Assembly: GCF_963676685.1 (NCBI RefSeq)
Contig: NC_092346.1
Coordinates: forward strand, 20,584,001 to 20,648,000
Direction: 5' to 3'
DNA: 64,000 nucleotides
From: Mytilus edulis
Taxonomy: Eukaryota
The stretch's first letter is position 1. Every line of letters starts with the position of its first letter. The position numbers and the translations under genes were made by a program. The notes below the pieces were generated by a model that did no database searches, had not been told where the DNA came from, and worked only from the letters and a program-made list of their open reading frames with translations. Of this stretch, positions 24,101-38,256 are shown piece by piece.

Positions 24101-26923
24101 CAATTAATTTCATGTCAAAATCCACAATTTCAAAACATCTCCTGAAAGTGTTTCGAACAGCGATATACTACTGTTGCTTTTATCCTGCATCTGGACAATT
24201 TGACATAATGGCACTTTCAAACCACCATTTTCTACATTAGGAAAGCCTCTACGAATTCAGGAATATGAAAGTAGTTTTCGATTCGTTTGATGTATTTGAG
24301 ATTTTGTTTTTGCCATCTGATAAGGGACTTTTCGATATGAATTTGAGTTTGTTTTTGTTATTTTACTTTTTCCTGTTTAATTCAAAACAGTTTATTTTTT
24401 TAGAACATATAAGAATAATTTAAAGGAGCAAGATAGTGTGAAGACTATATTTTCTTATATGATATGTGTCTTCATTCGGATTTCTGTTATAGAATTGTTT
24501 GTTACAAAGTTAAGTTATGCTTACAAACGCGCGACGTATGCAGCACATTGTTGTATTAGTTTTTGCAATTCCATATGGACCTTATCTCTAGGTGACCCAT
24601 CTATCCAACCGTTCTTTTCACTCATGTTGTTTGAAAGTTCAGTGTTGATTAGTACAACTTTTTAGATGAATGTATTCAATGTATTCTTACATACTTTTGA
24701 TTTTTTAACCCTGTATGCTAACATTCCCATGAAAATTTTAAAATTGTTTGTACGCACATTGAACGACAAATTTATGTGACGTATAAAATTTTCTGACGTC
24801 AGACACTCAATAAATGTGTTCGTAGATAGTAGATGTTTTTGTGTTCTGTTAAATTGTTCCTTTTAAAATTGTTAAACGATGATGTCTGATGTACCCATAT
24901 TTTGACTATTATATTTATTGTGTCTGTTTATTTAACGCATCAATGTAAAAATATCGGAAATTGACGAGACTGTCATTACAAAAGTGAGAGGGTTAGCGCT
25001 ATAGAACCAGGTTTAATCCACCATTTTCTACATTTGAAAATGCCTGTACCAAGTCATGAATATGACAGTTCTTGTCCATTCGTTTTTTATGCGTTTTGTT
25101 ATTTGATTTTGCCATGTGATTATGGACTTTCCCAATTGATCTTCCTCTAAGTTCAGTATTTTTGTGATTTTACTTTTTTCAAGACACTGAATATTGTTCA
25201 TCCGTACACAATATAGGATATCGTTTTCCCTGATTCTTTCGTAACGTCTAGCATGACAACAAAAGTGCGAAAAAACTTTCGAAAATGAGACAAACTCCTG
25301 ATACTATTACGGTGTCAGACCACCAATTCAAAATCCCTATCTATTGAACCAAATTTTGCATTTTCACAGCTTTCTTAAAATTGTACCGTTATTTTAAGTT
25401 ATTAGAATCCAGGTATGTCTTGTATTGTACATGTATCACCTTTCTACCTTTTTCTTTCACCTAAAGTTTCATTTCCGGAAATTTGTTGGTTAGTTTAAGT
25501 AATTAAACAATGACATCAAAAGCACTATTTTTTGTCTGTGTAGGGCTTCTTTTACATACGTTCTAAATTGAATGGGGCGAATTGGTGATCTGACTCCTGT
25601 TTAAAATATTTTACAACAAGGATACACTGCATATTGCAAAGTTTGGTGATAGATGTTAAGAAGTCACAAAAAGAGGTAAAACTATCAACGAACAAAAATA
25701 AACTCATGGTAATAAATTGATTGATTTCAAAATTTATGAATTAGCAAGACTTACATGGATGTAATCAATTTTCTTATAATCTTAGTTGTACTTTGGTTAA
25801 GAATGAACAGGCATTTACAGTATAGAAAACATCTCTATAATGTCCAAGCGACTTTAAGTCAAACATAAGCGTACAAAATGTTAGCAAGACAAGTCCCTGC
25901 ATGCAATACGACCAGTTGTAGAAGCTTATGTATAGATTATTATATGGTTAACAATTTAACATAAAGTGATGCGTACCATATACTATCAACTGGATGAAAA
26001 CTTTTCACTGGATTTTTATTGATTTTAAACTTCAGTCTTGTTTAAATTTGTCATATAAAAGTAGACAGTTGTCAGACAGAGACAAAAATTACAATATATT
26101 TTTATAAGGGGAATAAATAAAGGTACCAGTAGTATACTACTGTTCAAAAGTCATAAATTGATTAAGAAAAAAAATCCGGGTTACACACTTAGTAGTTGTC
26201 AAAGATACCCGGTTTATATTTGATACGCCAGAAGCGGGTTTCGTCTTAATTAAACTCATCGGTGACGCTCAGATCAAAATAGTTAGAAAAAGGAGGGATA
26301 CACACGAACAAGTAAACAAGTGTAAAACATAAAAAACATTGAACTTTCCTGTCTCAGATTAATCATAGAAATTGTTTTAAGATGCATGATTTACAGTGTA
26401 CTCAATTTATTCACCTCAGACAATCTGTTAAATCACATGAAAACACTTACAATAATAATCTGAAATGGCAGAGTAAAAGATTCAAACAACACGTTTTTGA
26501 TTTTATGATGATTAAACAACACTATGGAAACAGTTAAAACTGGTGATACAAACTAAAACAACATCGTATATAAATCGGGCATATACGACGAAACAAATAC
26601 AACAATTATGTGCATATCTTTTTTTCTGTTGAGCCAAAAACAAAGATCTGTTTAAAAACAACTGACGAGATATCCGGAACTGAAACTATAGAATCTAATG
26701 AAACACACATTATAATGAAACTTTTTTTTGAAAATCGGTTGAAAATAAAGACACATATTCAGCTATTAATTCAAGATGATGGGACAATCTCATTAAAGAC
26801 CACTAAAGTTCGCACACAACTGTTTTAGCCGACGAAAACTTCTCAAATAAAGTGCGACATATGTGTACATCTGTTTTAACTAAAGATATCTCTTTATTTG
26901 GCCTTTTAAACTTTTTTGAATTC

Positions 26924-26970
26924 GAGCGCCACTGATGAGTCGTTTATAGACGAAACGCGCGTCTGGCGTA
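26924..26970 (+). ncRNA. Type I hammerhead ribozyme in a dispersed retrozyme fragment
   Basis: GAGCGCCA-CTGATGA-GTC gtttata GAC-GAAA-CGCGCG-TC/TGGCGTA; stem I GCGCCA pairs with TGGCGT. Confidence 0.88.
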
Positions 26971-29507
26971 AAAAATAATTTAACCCTGGTATCTATGATG
27001 AGTTTATATGCATGGTTATTTTTTTTTTAAAACGCCTTGCTATGTAAATATGTTCATATAACCAAGTTCACTTAAACAATTCTTTAACCTATTTACCTTG
27101 TAACACTCTCAAACAATAACATAACATCAATTTCAGTTCCGACGACACTGGTTTATGGATTAATATGTGTTAGGTCGTATATAGTAAGACACAATCAAAA
27201 AGTGTATTTATGTTTAAACTTATGAGATAATAAAATCGTGTAATACTATGTAAATCCGTTCAATCTTATACAAAAATTCGAAAAATGTCATTTAAATCTT
27301 TTTACCAAAAACAATTCTTTTTAAATCTGGTTGAACTGATACTGTAAGGCGAAAGTAGTAAAACCATACAGAATTTCAATGCTTTTTAACTTCGTACTTT
27401 ATTTGGCCTTTTTGATAATTCAATTCTAGTTTTACTTTTGTAGAAGAAACGCCTACGCGCATATGGAGAGCAAACTTTCAACCCTGAGAACAATGATGAG
27501 TTAATGTTACAATGCTCAAATCAAGTAATTCGGTCAGAAAGACAAATCAAGGTAACAGAAAAAACCCGAAGTAAGGGATAAACTAAGATAATACTTTTAA
27601 AATGTTTCATATTTGGAGATTTAACCTAAACAATGCAGTGTAAACCTTTTTAATCTGATGAAACATTCTGTAGCAGTTTATACATGTATATGTGTTTAAA
27701 CTGATGCGACTAACTTGATTTATATTCTGACAATCTGCTAAAACTGATTTGACAAATCCATACAATTATAAATCGGTTTCAGTGGATGAAATTTACATAA
27801 GACTGTGTAAAATATTTTTGAAATTTGGATATGATCTAAAATAATGATTTAAAATTCAGTTTGGTCAAATATTCTTGCATTTTTTTTTATCGAAGAGATG
27901 AATGATACCAATGTGACATTTAAACTTCTGTGATAAGTCAAAGGTACTACGAAAAGACAAATAAGTCTACAAAACACTAGAGAAGTAAAGAGGAACACGA
28001 ACTCCACCAAAAAGGGATGTGATAATCCTGCTCCAGAAGGATAAACAGATCTTGAATTCCGGTTTGTTATTGGTGTCCAAACAATCAATTCAACACAATG
28101 GAGCAAAGACAAAAAAGAGAGATGCTATTGTTGTTAATTTGCAGTTTTTATGCGTTCTCATTGTGTTATTTTAATTTTGTCCCTACAGTTGTAAAGTGAT
28201 CTGGTGTATTATTGTTTTCTTTTATGATCGATTAATACTATCTACGTTCATTATTTCCACGCATGAATTTAGTGTAAATACGTTATAAACAGTCAGAGAA
28301 AAACATGTCCTTGTGCAATGCCAAAAAAATATTGATGCATATGCATATGTATAAAACAATAATATTGTGTTTGCTTTTCATTTATTGATAACAAAATCAA
28401 TAATAATACCAAATAAACAATATTCAAAGATTTGATTAAATTATTGAATTGGTAACCTTTTAGACTACGTTTATCTGAAGAGTGATTAGGATTGCCAGGA
28501 TCGTTTCTACATTTCCGGGCACGGAAAACAACATCTCCGTAAAATGAGGATGTGCTATCCCGTTTGAAATAAGTTTTCTATAGAAAGTACAACCAAACTT
28601 CAAAATCAGATCTTTATATGTATAGACGAATTTAGTAAAGGTTTCAGTAATTTGTGGTAACGGAATCCCTGACTTAATAGTTTACCAGCAATACGTATGG
28701 TATGCAATGAAATAGTGATGCCAAAGAGTTCACGTGCAATCCTGTTTATTTTCAGCTACGTCTTATTTTGTAAATTTACTTAATATCTAGTTATTTGGAA
28801 AATATTTGGAATTTAGCTTCATCTTTTTTGTTCCCTTTGATGATGTTGTATTATTAGACTTTGAATATAACACAAAAAAAAAGAGCGCACCTTTGGTCCA
28901 CATATGAATGTCAACAAATAAAGATATGCACCACTACAATTAGCCAAACCCTGATGTTTACCCTAATATGAAGGTTTCATTTCTAATAAATGAACCCAAG
29001 GTAACCATATTAGAAAATATTAGGAATATAACAGGAATACAAGACAGACTTTATTATACTTGTTAGTAATGATATAATATATGCGGAATTTCGAAATAGA
29101 AGTGTCAAGTCAAAAGTATTTTATCAAGCAGTCAATTTAAATGGACTATAAATATAGATACACTATTGACTGTGATACATTTGTGTTTGTTCAATGAAAC
29201 ATTTAAATAAACACCAGTGTTTAATCGAAAGGTAATATGACACATAAAGAAGTAATAAAAGGTGATAAATGTTTGAAAACTTTTAACCGGATAAAGTTAC
29301 ATAATGTTATAATCTAATTTTGTGGTTTAATTGTACATGTATGACATTTGATTCAATGTCAAGATGTGATTAATAAACTTACCATTTTGTCATCACAAGA
29401 CACATCAAATGCATTGTAGGTTAGATTTTTGTAATAGTATGTAGAGTACTTTTATCAGTCAACATACTTAATTGTATATGGATTTTATCTGGTTATGACA
29501 TTTTTAG

Positions 29508-29653
29508 NNNNNNNNNNNNNNNNNNNNNNNNNNNNNNNNNNNNNNNNNNNNNNNNNNNNNNNNNNNNNNNNNNNNNNNNNNNNNNNNNNNNNNNNNNNNN
29601 NNNNNNNNNNNNNNNNNNNNNNNNNNNNNNNNNNNNNNNNNNNNNNNNNNNNN
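29508..29653. other. Assembly gap (146 N)
   Basis: Run of N. Confidence 1.
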
Positions 29654-30371
29654 AGACGTACAGGATAAACTATTAAATTCTTTTTCTTCAATATAAGTTT
29701 TTTTTTCTATTCTTTATACTTGGACAGTTGCCAAAAGGTCTTCAACAATGCTGTGAATTGATCTTAAATTTCTTTCATCATGCCAAAATCAAGATCTTAG
29801 CATCGACTTAAGCCAGGATTAGGTTTAAGGTTAGGGTTAAATTAGAATTAGGGTTATATTTATTCAATAAGCAATTCTGTTATCGACACGACAGCATGCA
29901 AACATGAAACTAATGAATTTGATAAAATATTTTTTTTGTTAAACAAACGATTGTCTTGGATACTAAAATTGACAGTGTTAAACTAGGGGTGGGTACAAGT
30001 AGTAAAGTTCCTCAGTACTGTACATTTCCATTTTTAGGAAACGAGAATATGTGTATGTGATAACAATACTACATCAATGTTCAATATCGTCAATACGCAT
30101 CACAGACGCTGAACGTCTTTTACATTCCATAGTTTAAACGTTAAATTTGATTTTGTAGTAGTCTTTACCTTTCCTGGTGCAAAGCTTCGGATAAGTCATC
30201 GGTTGTGCATATCTGGGACATAGTTGTCAAGTGAGAGAGTATTGAAACTTCAGAATTTCGGTGATTTGTCTTAAGCTTTGCAGAATGAATCGATTTCAAT
30301 ACCAACACAACAAATTCTGCATTTGATCAATGTAATGAGGAGACGGTTTGCATCGATGATTCGTGTTAACC

Positions 30372-31000
30372 GAAAGATACCAATACCTTGTTGATAAATA
30401 TTCCGTATCAACTTCACAAATAATACAATATGGTCCTGAAGTATAGATTCTAGGTACTGACGTTGTTTGTCATCATAAGTATGTGTTTAAGGTGTCTTTT
30501 AGTTGTCTTTGTAAATCATTACTTATACTGTTTAGTCGATTTGACATGGCTGGGTGCTTCTACATCTCGTCATTGTGTTATTGTGCTATGGTAAATTTTT
30601 GCATTATTGTCTTTCGTTTTTTCTAGTGTGCTTTGTCTCTATGCATTTTTATTTTTCTTTGATGACAGACATATTAGTTTGTTCCTATATTGATTAAGAT
30701 TAAACACACAATGTTGACTGCTCTACTTATATTTTTGTCTATTATGTCGGTTTGTTTTGTTCACACTTTGTTGCCAATGTAAAAGAATTTTATGCGACTG
30801 TCATACAAGTTATAGAGGTTTAGCCAGTAATAAAACCAGGTTTAATATACCATTTAAATAAAATATCTGTACCAAGTCAGGATTATGACAATTGTTATCC
30901 ATTCGTTTGAAGTTTTGGGGCTTTTGATTTTGCCATTTGATTAGGAACTTTCCGTTTTGATATTTACTCGGAAATCGGTATTTTTTCACTATACTTTTCA
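30372..31000 (+). mobile_element. 3' fragment of a Penelope-like-derived dispersed repeat
   Basis: Encodes RYQYLVDKYSVSTSQII, similar to RYKDIIRKYSSTCRLLI in the PLE at 56 kb, followed by a UTR with the TGTACCAAGTCAGG box. An inverted sister copy lies at about 31935-32580. Confidence 0.65.
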
Positions 31001-31934
31001 CAGAAACAGGGGCTCGAATTCCATAGAGGGAAGAACAATAACGTGCTACTACAAATTGCACTGGCGTTAAGTTTAGATTGTTAAAAGAAAGAAGAATGAA
31101 ATAGCTGCTATTGTCAACTTAAATTTGAAGCAATGCTTGATTCAGTGATGGATGTTTGCTTAATGTCCAGTGACAAATATTTCAAGACGAGATCAAATTT
31201 ATAATAAAATTGATAGCGTTCCTGTGATAGAGGCCGTCCATGTTGAAGGTCACAGAAATATGGACTACCACTAGAAAATGAGGATATATTAGATAGGTAC
31301 AGAAAGTTTGCTCTGCAACAGGACACCTACTTATCCTTAAAGTTGTTAAAAATGATAACGATGTTCTCTCTACACGAGGCATCTGGTTCAACTTTCCATT
31401 TCTGACCTGACTTAGTGGCATTGTTAAACATCCTATACAACCAGCTGGACATCCAACGTTGGTACTGGTTTAAACGCTAGTGGGGAGAAAAAAATGATCA
31501 TATTTCTATTTCGCAATCACCTTTTGGAAACAACAGTTTCGATAAAATGTACATGGGCATAATGAAGTAATGATGAATTTGGCCAGAACCAACTTCATCA
31601 CACATAATTTCGTTGATGGAGTCAAAAGAAGAGCGATGCATGAATACATTGAAAATTCTGAGACGTATTTGGAAGACCAATAGACATGGCAAGTTACAAG
31701 ATATGCTTTTACTAGCATTCAAGATTACCACAATCTCAAATCATTATCTTATTCTAGTATCATAACTTAACAACAAACAACATTTTTATAATACATTGTA
31801 ATAAGACATAATTTAAACATGAATTATAACGTAATAAATGAAGTTTAAAATTCAAAAGCTGATTCTGCATTCAAATATTCTTACAAGACAATTTATTTTA
31901 ACGGGGTTATATTGTTTTCTTTTACGAATATATA

Positions 31935-32580
31935 TAAAGTAAAATAACAAAAACACCGAACTCCGAGGAACATTAAAAACGGAAAGTCCCTATTCAAATG
32001 GCAAAATAAAAAGCCAAAACACATCAAACGAAAGAACTGTCGTATACCTGACTTGGTTCAGACAATTTATGTTAAGAAAATGGTAAAAAAAATCTGGTTC
32101 TATAGCTAGCTAAACCTCTCCCTTGTATAACAGTCGCAAAAAATTTCAATAAATTGACAACGATGTGTGAACAAAACAAACACAAATAATTGGTAAATAA
32201 AACATAAAACAAGGGGTACAGCAGTCAACATTGTGTTATAATCTTCAAACAAACAAATATGTTAACAAAGAAAAACAAAAAGGCATACAAATAAAGAATA
32301 TTAGCAAAAACGAAAGACAGGAATACAAAAATTTACTATAGCACAATAACACATTCACGGGATGTATAAGTACCCAGCCACGTCAAATGAATATGACAAA
32401 AATTTTACTTACCAGTAAAAATATAGACAAATACAAAGACAAATAAAGTAATAATATAACACTTTATTAAGATGATAAATAACTTCAGATCCTAGAATCT
32501 ATACCTCAAGACAGTCGTTTATTATTTGTGAAGTTGATACGAAATATTTATCAACAAGGTATTGGTATCTTCCGATGAAC
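31935..32580 (-). mobile_element. Second, inverted copy of the same PLE-derived repeat
   Basis: Reverse complement aligns with 30372-31000, e.g. GAAGATACCAATACCTTGTTGATAAATATTTCGTATCAACTTCACAAATAAT. Confidence 0.7.
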
Positions 32581-33936
32581 TTTCATTTTTAGAAAATGAC
32601 GAGACGTTCTTTGACATACCTCTGGTTGATCAACTTGCTGCTAAGACACGAGTGACGTTTTACAAAGTCTGAGTAGCAATTGTTTTTTCTTTGTGTCATA
32701 AAAACTAGTATGTACATTTGTTGACCATTGCGTGCAATCTAATTAAAATGAAACCTCCGCACTCATTCATTTTATTATGCTTGGTCGTTTTGGAGCTCAG
32801 ATGCATGTCTCGTGTGGTTTTCGTGCTCAAGTTTCTAATGCTTAGCTTATCAATCATTTAGCATTGGTAAAATGGAGGCGTTTCCATGCAAAGCATTTTT
32901 GTGGTGCACATTGACATGAATATCAGACATTTATATTAGCAGTTGACAATAAGTCGGAACCGATGTTGGTGTTTTACAGTTCCGAAGATCTTCATCTGTC
33001 CAGTACCAAGTGTTACAGTAATGGCTTTATCGAAATAATATCTTCTATTGTAATTCGTTAGTTATGAACTATGGAATTGCACCAAATCTAAAAATCATGA
33101 CAGAGTTAATCTTCAACAATTTTGGCTTAAATGCTCTCAAACTTTTAATGTCATCATTGTGTCTCGAGCGTACCCGATATTTGTTCCAAATTCACGAGTA
33201 GAGCCAACTGAAGTCGATATAATATGTTATATATATATATATAAAGGTAATTAGGTTTTGCTCTTCTGAATAAATTTGTCATTAACTTTAACTATACATA
33301 TTGGGTTTCGCTTATTGTTGAAGGTCTTAAGGTGACATATAGTTGCGACAAACCACGTGATTTTGACTATAGTGAATAGTTGTATCATTGGTAATCTTTC
33401 CATATCTATTTATTTACATACTAGTAAATGAATTGTCATCTGGGTTGAACTATAAACATTTTTTGTTACTGATATATATATCTAATACACCCTCATTAAT
33501 TACGCGCTGATGATCATAACTGCATATTGTTCTTGTTTTCAGTATTTTAGTCATCTGTTAAATCGAAATTGAAGTAATTTGAAAAAATTTCCGCATGTTT
33601 TAGAAATGACAACGTGTTTGTCTAATGAGGAATCTATAGCCAAAGGGAAACCACTGCGAATTGACAGATTGACTTGAGCTGTTAAAATTTCTAAAATGAA
33701 ATTCAGAGTCAGACCTTGTCGGTTAAAAAAAGTTTTGTGACACAATTGAATATCATAAATGCATCTTTATTGTATTCAACGTTTAAGTTTTCATTGAATA
33801 TGAAAAGTATAATACATCAAAAACCACTAGTACTTATCTCTGAGAGCAGTTACCTATATTATACCTTGCTATCAATTGTTATGTTGATGTGTATACAGGT
33901 AATTTTTCAGAAACAAGTGACTGTGATAAAAATCAG

Positions 33937-34731
33937 GGGCCGGTTTCACGAAGCTATCCTAAGACATGTCATAAGACATATCTTAGGACATGTCTTATGA
34001 TCCTCTTATGACTATCCTAGGACATATCTCAGACCTCGTCTCGAAGCTGTCTTAGGATCATCTTAGCTAAGACATCCTAAACCTGTCGCAAGTTCTTTAA
34101 ATTTTCAAATATAAATATGATCTACGGAAAAAAATCAGGTAAATGTAGTATGTCTTACCATAAATTATTCTAAACGTATTGATTAATATAATGACATAAT
34201 TTGCAAAATAAATATAAAAAAAAAAAGTAATTTATATATAAATTATCTTTAAACAATACATCAATATAAATATGAAAATTTCAATGCAAAATTAAAAAAA
34301 AAGAATATAAAATTATGACATTGTTTTGGTACAAGTGAGTTGAATTCAATTTCGACTTTATTGGTTATAAAAGGTTAAGAGATAAAATCGTGCAATTTTT
34401 ATATCAATACATCGAATTTTCATTGTTGACAAATCCTGATAATCCGTCAATGTATATATGTTTTAAGCAGGAACAGGAGAATAGATAATTAGATAATAAT
34501 AAGATATTTTTTTTCAAAATTAAGTTAAAAATGAGTGTAATTTATATAAATAAACGTATAACTATCCTAAGACCATCATAAGACACCTCTCGCGTTGTCC
34601 TAACTTTATGACCAACTTTAAGAGATGTCCTAATTTAGGACCGCTTTGTGAAACCCACTTAGGACTAAGATATGTCGTAAGACCATCCTAAGACATGTCT
34701 TAGTCCTAAGACAGCTTCGTGAAACTGGGCC
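33937..34731. mobile_element. PIF/Harbinger-like MITE, 795 bp
   Basis: TIR GGGCCGGTTTCACGAAGCT / AGCTTCGTGAAACTGGGCC, 3-bp TSD CAG on both sides, subterminal TAAGAC/GTCTTA repeats and an AT-rich core. Confidence 0.85.
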
Positions 34732-34961
34732 CAGTATTCTTTTTGCCAAAATCTCAAAAATATCTTTTAAAGACAAACAATTAGAAAATAGAACACACGT
34801 GTTCATAACGTGCACTCCTTAGAGGTATACAATAGTATCATCGAATAATCGCTATTTTCTCATAGAAATGAAATGTAACTTTGACGGTTGTCCGAATCTG
34901 CATGCTCGGTTTATCAGAGTTTACAATGTTTTACGTAGATTTATTACTCTTCATATGTTCA

Positions 34962-37900
34962 TTAACTTTTGCCGCCTATACATTTTTCGCCTTCTGTCAA
35001 AACAAAGTCATAAAGTAAACGAAAGTTTTCTTCGGTAGTTTCTGTATAACGATCTCCCAAAATCTCTGATAATAATGCCATAAAGGTCGGATCCATTGCC
35101 TGAAAAAGAACAAAGGGAGAATGAACGACCATTATTGAAGTGGTAGAACATAGTTTGGAGGGACACGAAAATGTGTAAGACAAGAAGCATTTTGGCAATT
35201 TGTTTTCAAAACTTTTCAAGTGACATGAAATACCATTTTTTTTTACAGATAACATTTCCTGTCAATGTTCCCCTCTCAGGTCTTTGTAAATAGAAATTAG
35301 ATCTCAAACTTTGGGATCTTTCATAGTCTCTGTTCGATTTATTCTCAATTTGTCCAGTGATTTATGACTGTTTGGTCGTGAACAAAGAACTATAGAGTTA
35401 CTTTACTATTTTAATCTTTACAACAAAAAATAAATTCTGCAGAAACCATACATCTATCAAAATTTTAATTAAGGCGTTTGTTTGCTACCAATTTAACAAC
35501 AAATGAACGTTCGGAAGGGGATATAGTTTAATACTGGACTATATGAGAAAATAACATCAAAACTATATATATATAAACTATGCATGTTTAGTATAATCGG
35601 GATTAAGATTAACGCTACACGCTCACATAAGCACCTACTTTTGCTTTCATAATTAAATAACAATTAATTATGTAATAATTATGTCATAATGAAATTATCA
35701 CAATTTGAAAGATTAATCTTTCTTCTTTCTTTTGGTGCCTCATTTATAAAATTTAAATAAAGATGAGTGGAATTACATCAGTTTAAAGATGTCTGATTGG
35801 GGATGAAAAACTTTGTATTATGCTACCTTAAAACTGTCAATTTTAATTAAAATGCAAGGTCACTTTTTATAAATTTGCTAAGCTGAAGTAAGAAAGATAT
35901 AGGACAACATTCATGTTAAGTACTATTTCAATGCAGGAAGGTTTTATTTCATTTAAGTGTAGTCTTGATTCGATCTGATAATTAAGATTTCAATTACGAT
36001 GAAACATGTATTTTTGAATTGCGTAATTTAGAATAATAAATTTCGATTTTAGACGGTCGTATTACTTTCATTGCTCGATATCGGTCTCTTTTATCTCACA
36101 CAATTGGAATCAATTACTGTTTCTGATTTCAAGCTTCAAAGATTTTTTTGATTTTTTTTTCAATTCCGTTTCTCAGTCCATATATACATGAGCTGATAAA
36201 ATATATATTTTATCCTCAGGCAATCTAATTAAAAACCGATCTCTCATCGCTCCTGTTTCTGATATGTCGCTCCCACGCGACATATCAGAAACAGGAGCGA
36301 TGAGAGATATGTTTTTAATTAGATTGATCCTCAGGTACCAAAATACACAGTGGCGGATCCAGAACTTTTCATAAGGGGAAATCCACTCACTGACTTAAGG
36401 GGACCCGCTCCAGTCATGCTTCAGTGATTCCCTATATAATCAACCAAGAAAAGAGGGGGGCTGGGATCCCCCCCTTGGATCCGCCTATGACACAGATAGT
36501 ATGGCACCGAGACGTGAACATGGTGTTGGTCTAATATCTCCTATTTTAACTTCCTTACCTTCAGTATTTCTGATATTTTCTCATTTGTCGAGAAGACATG
36601 ACTGATTTCTACCAATGCTTTATCAACTTCCTCTAAATTATTTACAACATCGTCAAATAGTCCAAATATTTCTAATGCATCGTTTTCAAATTCGAAACTG
36701 TCCTTAATGTCTTCTTCACTTTTATTAGTATCGTAAGATGGGAAATATACTGCATATTGCTCATGTTTCTTCAAAAATCTGGAAAAAAAGAAAATATGCT
36801 ACACTCAAACTATTCTATTGTAATAATATTTTGGTTACCCGTCGACTCGTTCGATAAAGTGGTATTTTGAACCAGTATTGTGTTCAAAGGGAAGTAATTT
36901 AATGTTGAAACTGAAAGTTTCGCCGTCAGTTACAGATCCAAGGCTTTACTTTTTCACCCGAGGTTGAGCTCCAAGGATTATTTTCACCTGTACACTTGCC
37001 TTAACATCGTAATATTTAAATTGCAAACCAAATCCCAAAACTTTTAATTAAAAGTAAACTTTTTTAATAAGATCAGCTTATATGTGTATGCATTCAGGCA
37101 TAATGTTTGAAGAGGATTAACAAAAGTCTGTGTATGCGATACAAACATTAATTTTGCTATCAAATCAAAATCTTTCGAAGATGATTTGATTTACTTTCGA
37201 TTCATCTAAAGAAGTGTTTAGACTTGTGTATATGACCGTTCCAACAAACACATTAGATTAAAACAATTTAAACAGATTTTTATATAATAAAAAAAAAATG
37301 GATGAAATAAATCACAAATAAATATCCTAAGGGTAAAAAAAAAAACGGTAAAGAAATACACGAAAGCTATTATGTATAGCTACAAAAATGACTACGACTT
37401 TGTAACATACTATGATCTTGTTATTTGTTCAATTCACGTTTTTTTTTCAACTAACGCTGTATCAAAATTACTGTACACTGTCAAATCAACAGTTTGAAAA
37501 TAGAAAAATTACTTCGAGTATCCAGTGTTTGCGAATAAAAATTGCTTGTTTCTACTAAGTTGCATACCGTATCATGTAATGATAATCACATCCAATAAAA
37601 TTTGATGAATACAAGTCATTATGCTAGATTGTATATCTATCATTCGTGTAAGGCGTAACTAAACAAAGCCTCTACTTGTATTTGTTGTTGGATCAACATT
37701 AGTTCATAAAAATACAATTTTATTATATCATAAAACAATAAAAAATCTTTGAGTGCTCAGACGTGAAATATCAAATTGTCAAGTGGTCAATCGTAACGTT
37801 ATAAAAATATTCATATCATATCAAAATAATAACCGAAATATTGGATCTGCCTCTTCCTTGCAACTAAGAATCTGACCTTTCATAGATAGTTACATTCATT

Positions 37901-38256
37901 GTTTTTTTTTATCAGTATATTAGAAAATCAAGTTCTTGTCAATATCCTCGAGTACTAGTATGTAATTTGAAGTTGCATTAAAGAAGTTAATAAAGTAACT
38001 CCTATCATCAGTTATAATGAATTTTATTGTAGTCACAACGTTACCTCATTAGGTTTTCCTTTGCAGTTTCCTCCATGGAACGGGTCACCGCTTTCCATGC
38101 ATTTCTCAAACTGAATATCTGCCTGTATGTCTGGAATGGCAGCCTTGGATCAACAGTTTTCTTAGCTGAGCTCGATTCGGGTAAATGAATCTTCGTTTTC
38201 GCCTTTTGGCTAGATTTAGATTTAGATCCTTTGAATTTCGATTTTAATGCACCCAT
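34962..38256 (-). CDS. N-acylated (membrane-anchored) globin, 189 aa, 3 exons, atypical heme pocket
   Basis: Exons 38256-38045, 36778-36559, 35099-34962, with introns in phase 2 then 0 at the ancestral globin positions B12.2 and G7.0. A-helix LRNAWKAV, CD1 Phe in YAVYFP, GH/H motif ILGDRYTETTEENF. N-terminus is MGALKS followed by a Lys-rich stretch. Confidence 0.88.
36221..36326. mobile_element. 106-bp foldback MITE with 9-bp TSD (Mutator-like)
   Basis: Near-perfect 50-bp inverted arms around a 6-nt loop, flanked by ATCCTCAGG at 36212-36220 and 36327-36335. Confidence 0.9.
36348..36489. mobile_element. Small MITE
   Basis: Termini CAGTGGCGGATCCA ... TGGATCCGCCTATG with G/C-run subterminal sequence. 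Confidence 0.65.

Noticed and set aside
29814-29856. Interstitial telomeric repeat near the gap
   Set aside because: Only two exact TTAGGG units within a short degenerate stretch; insufficient support.
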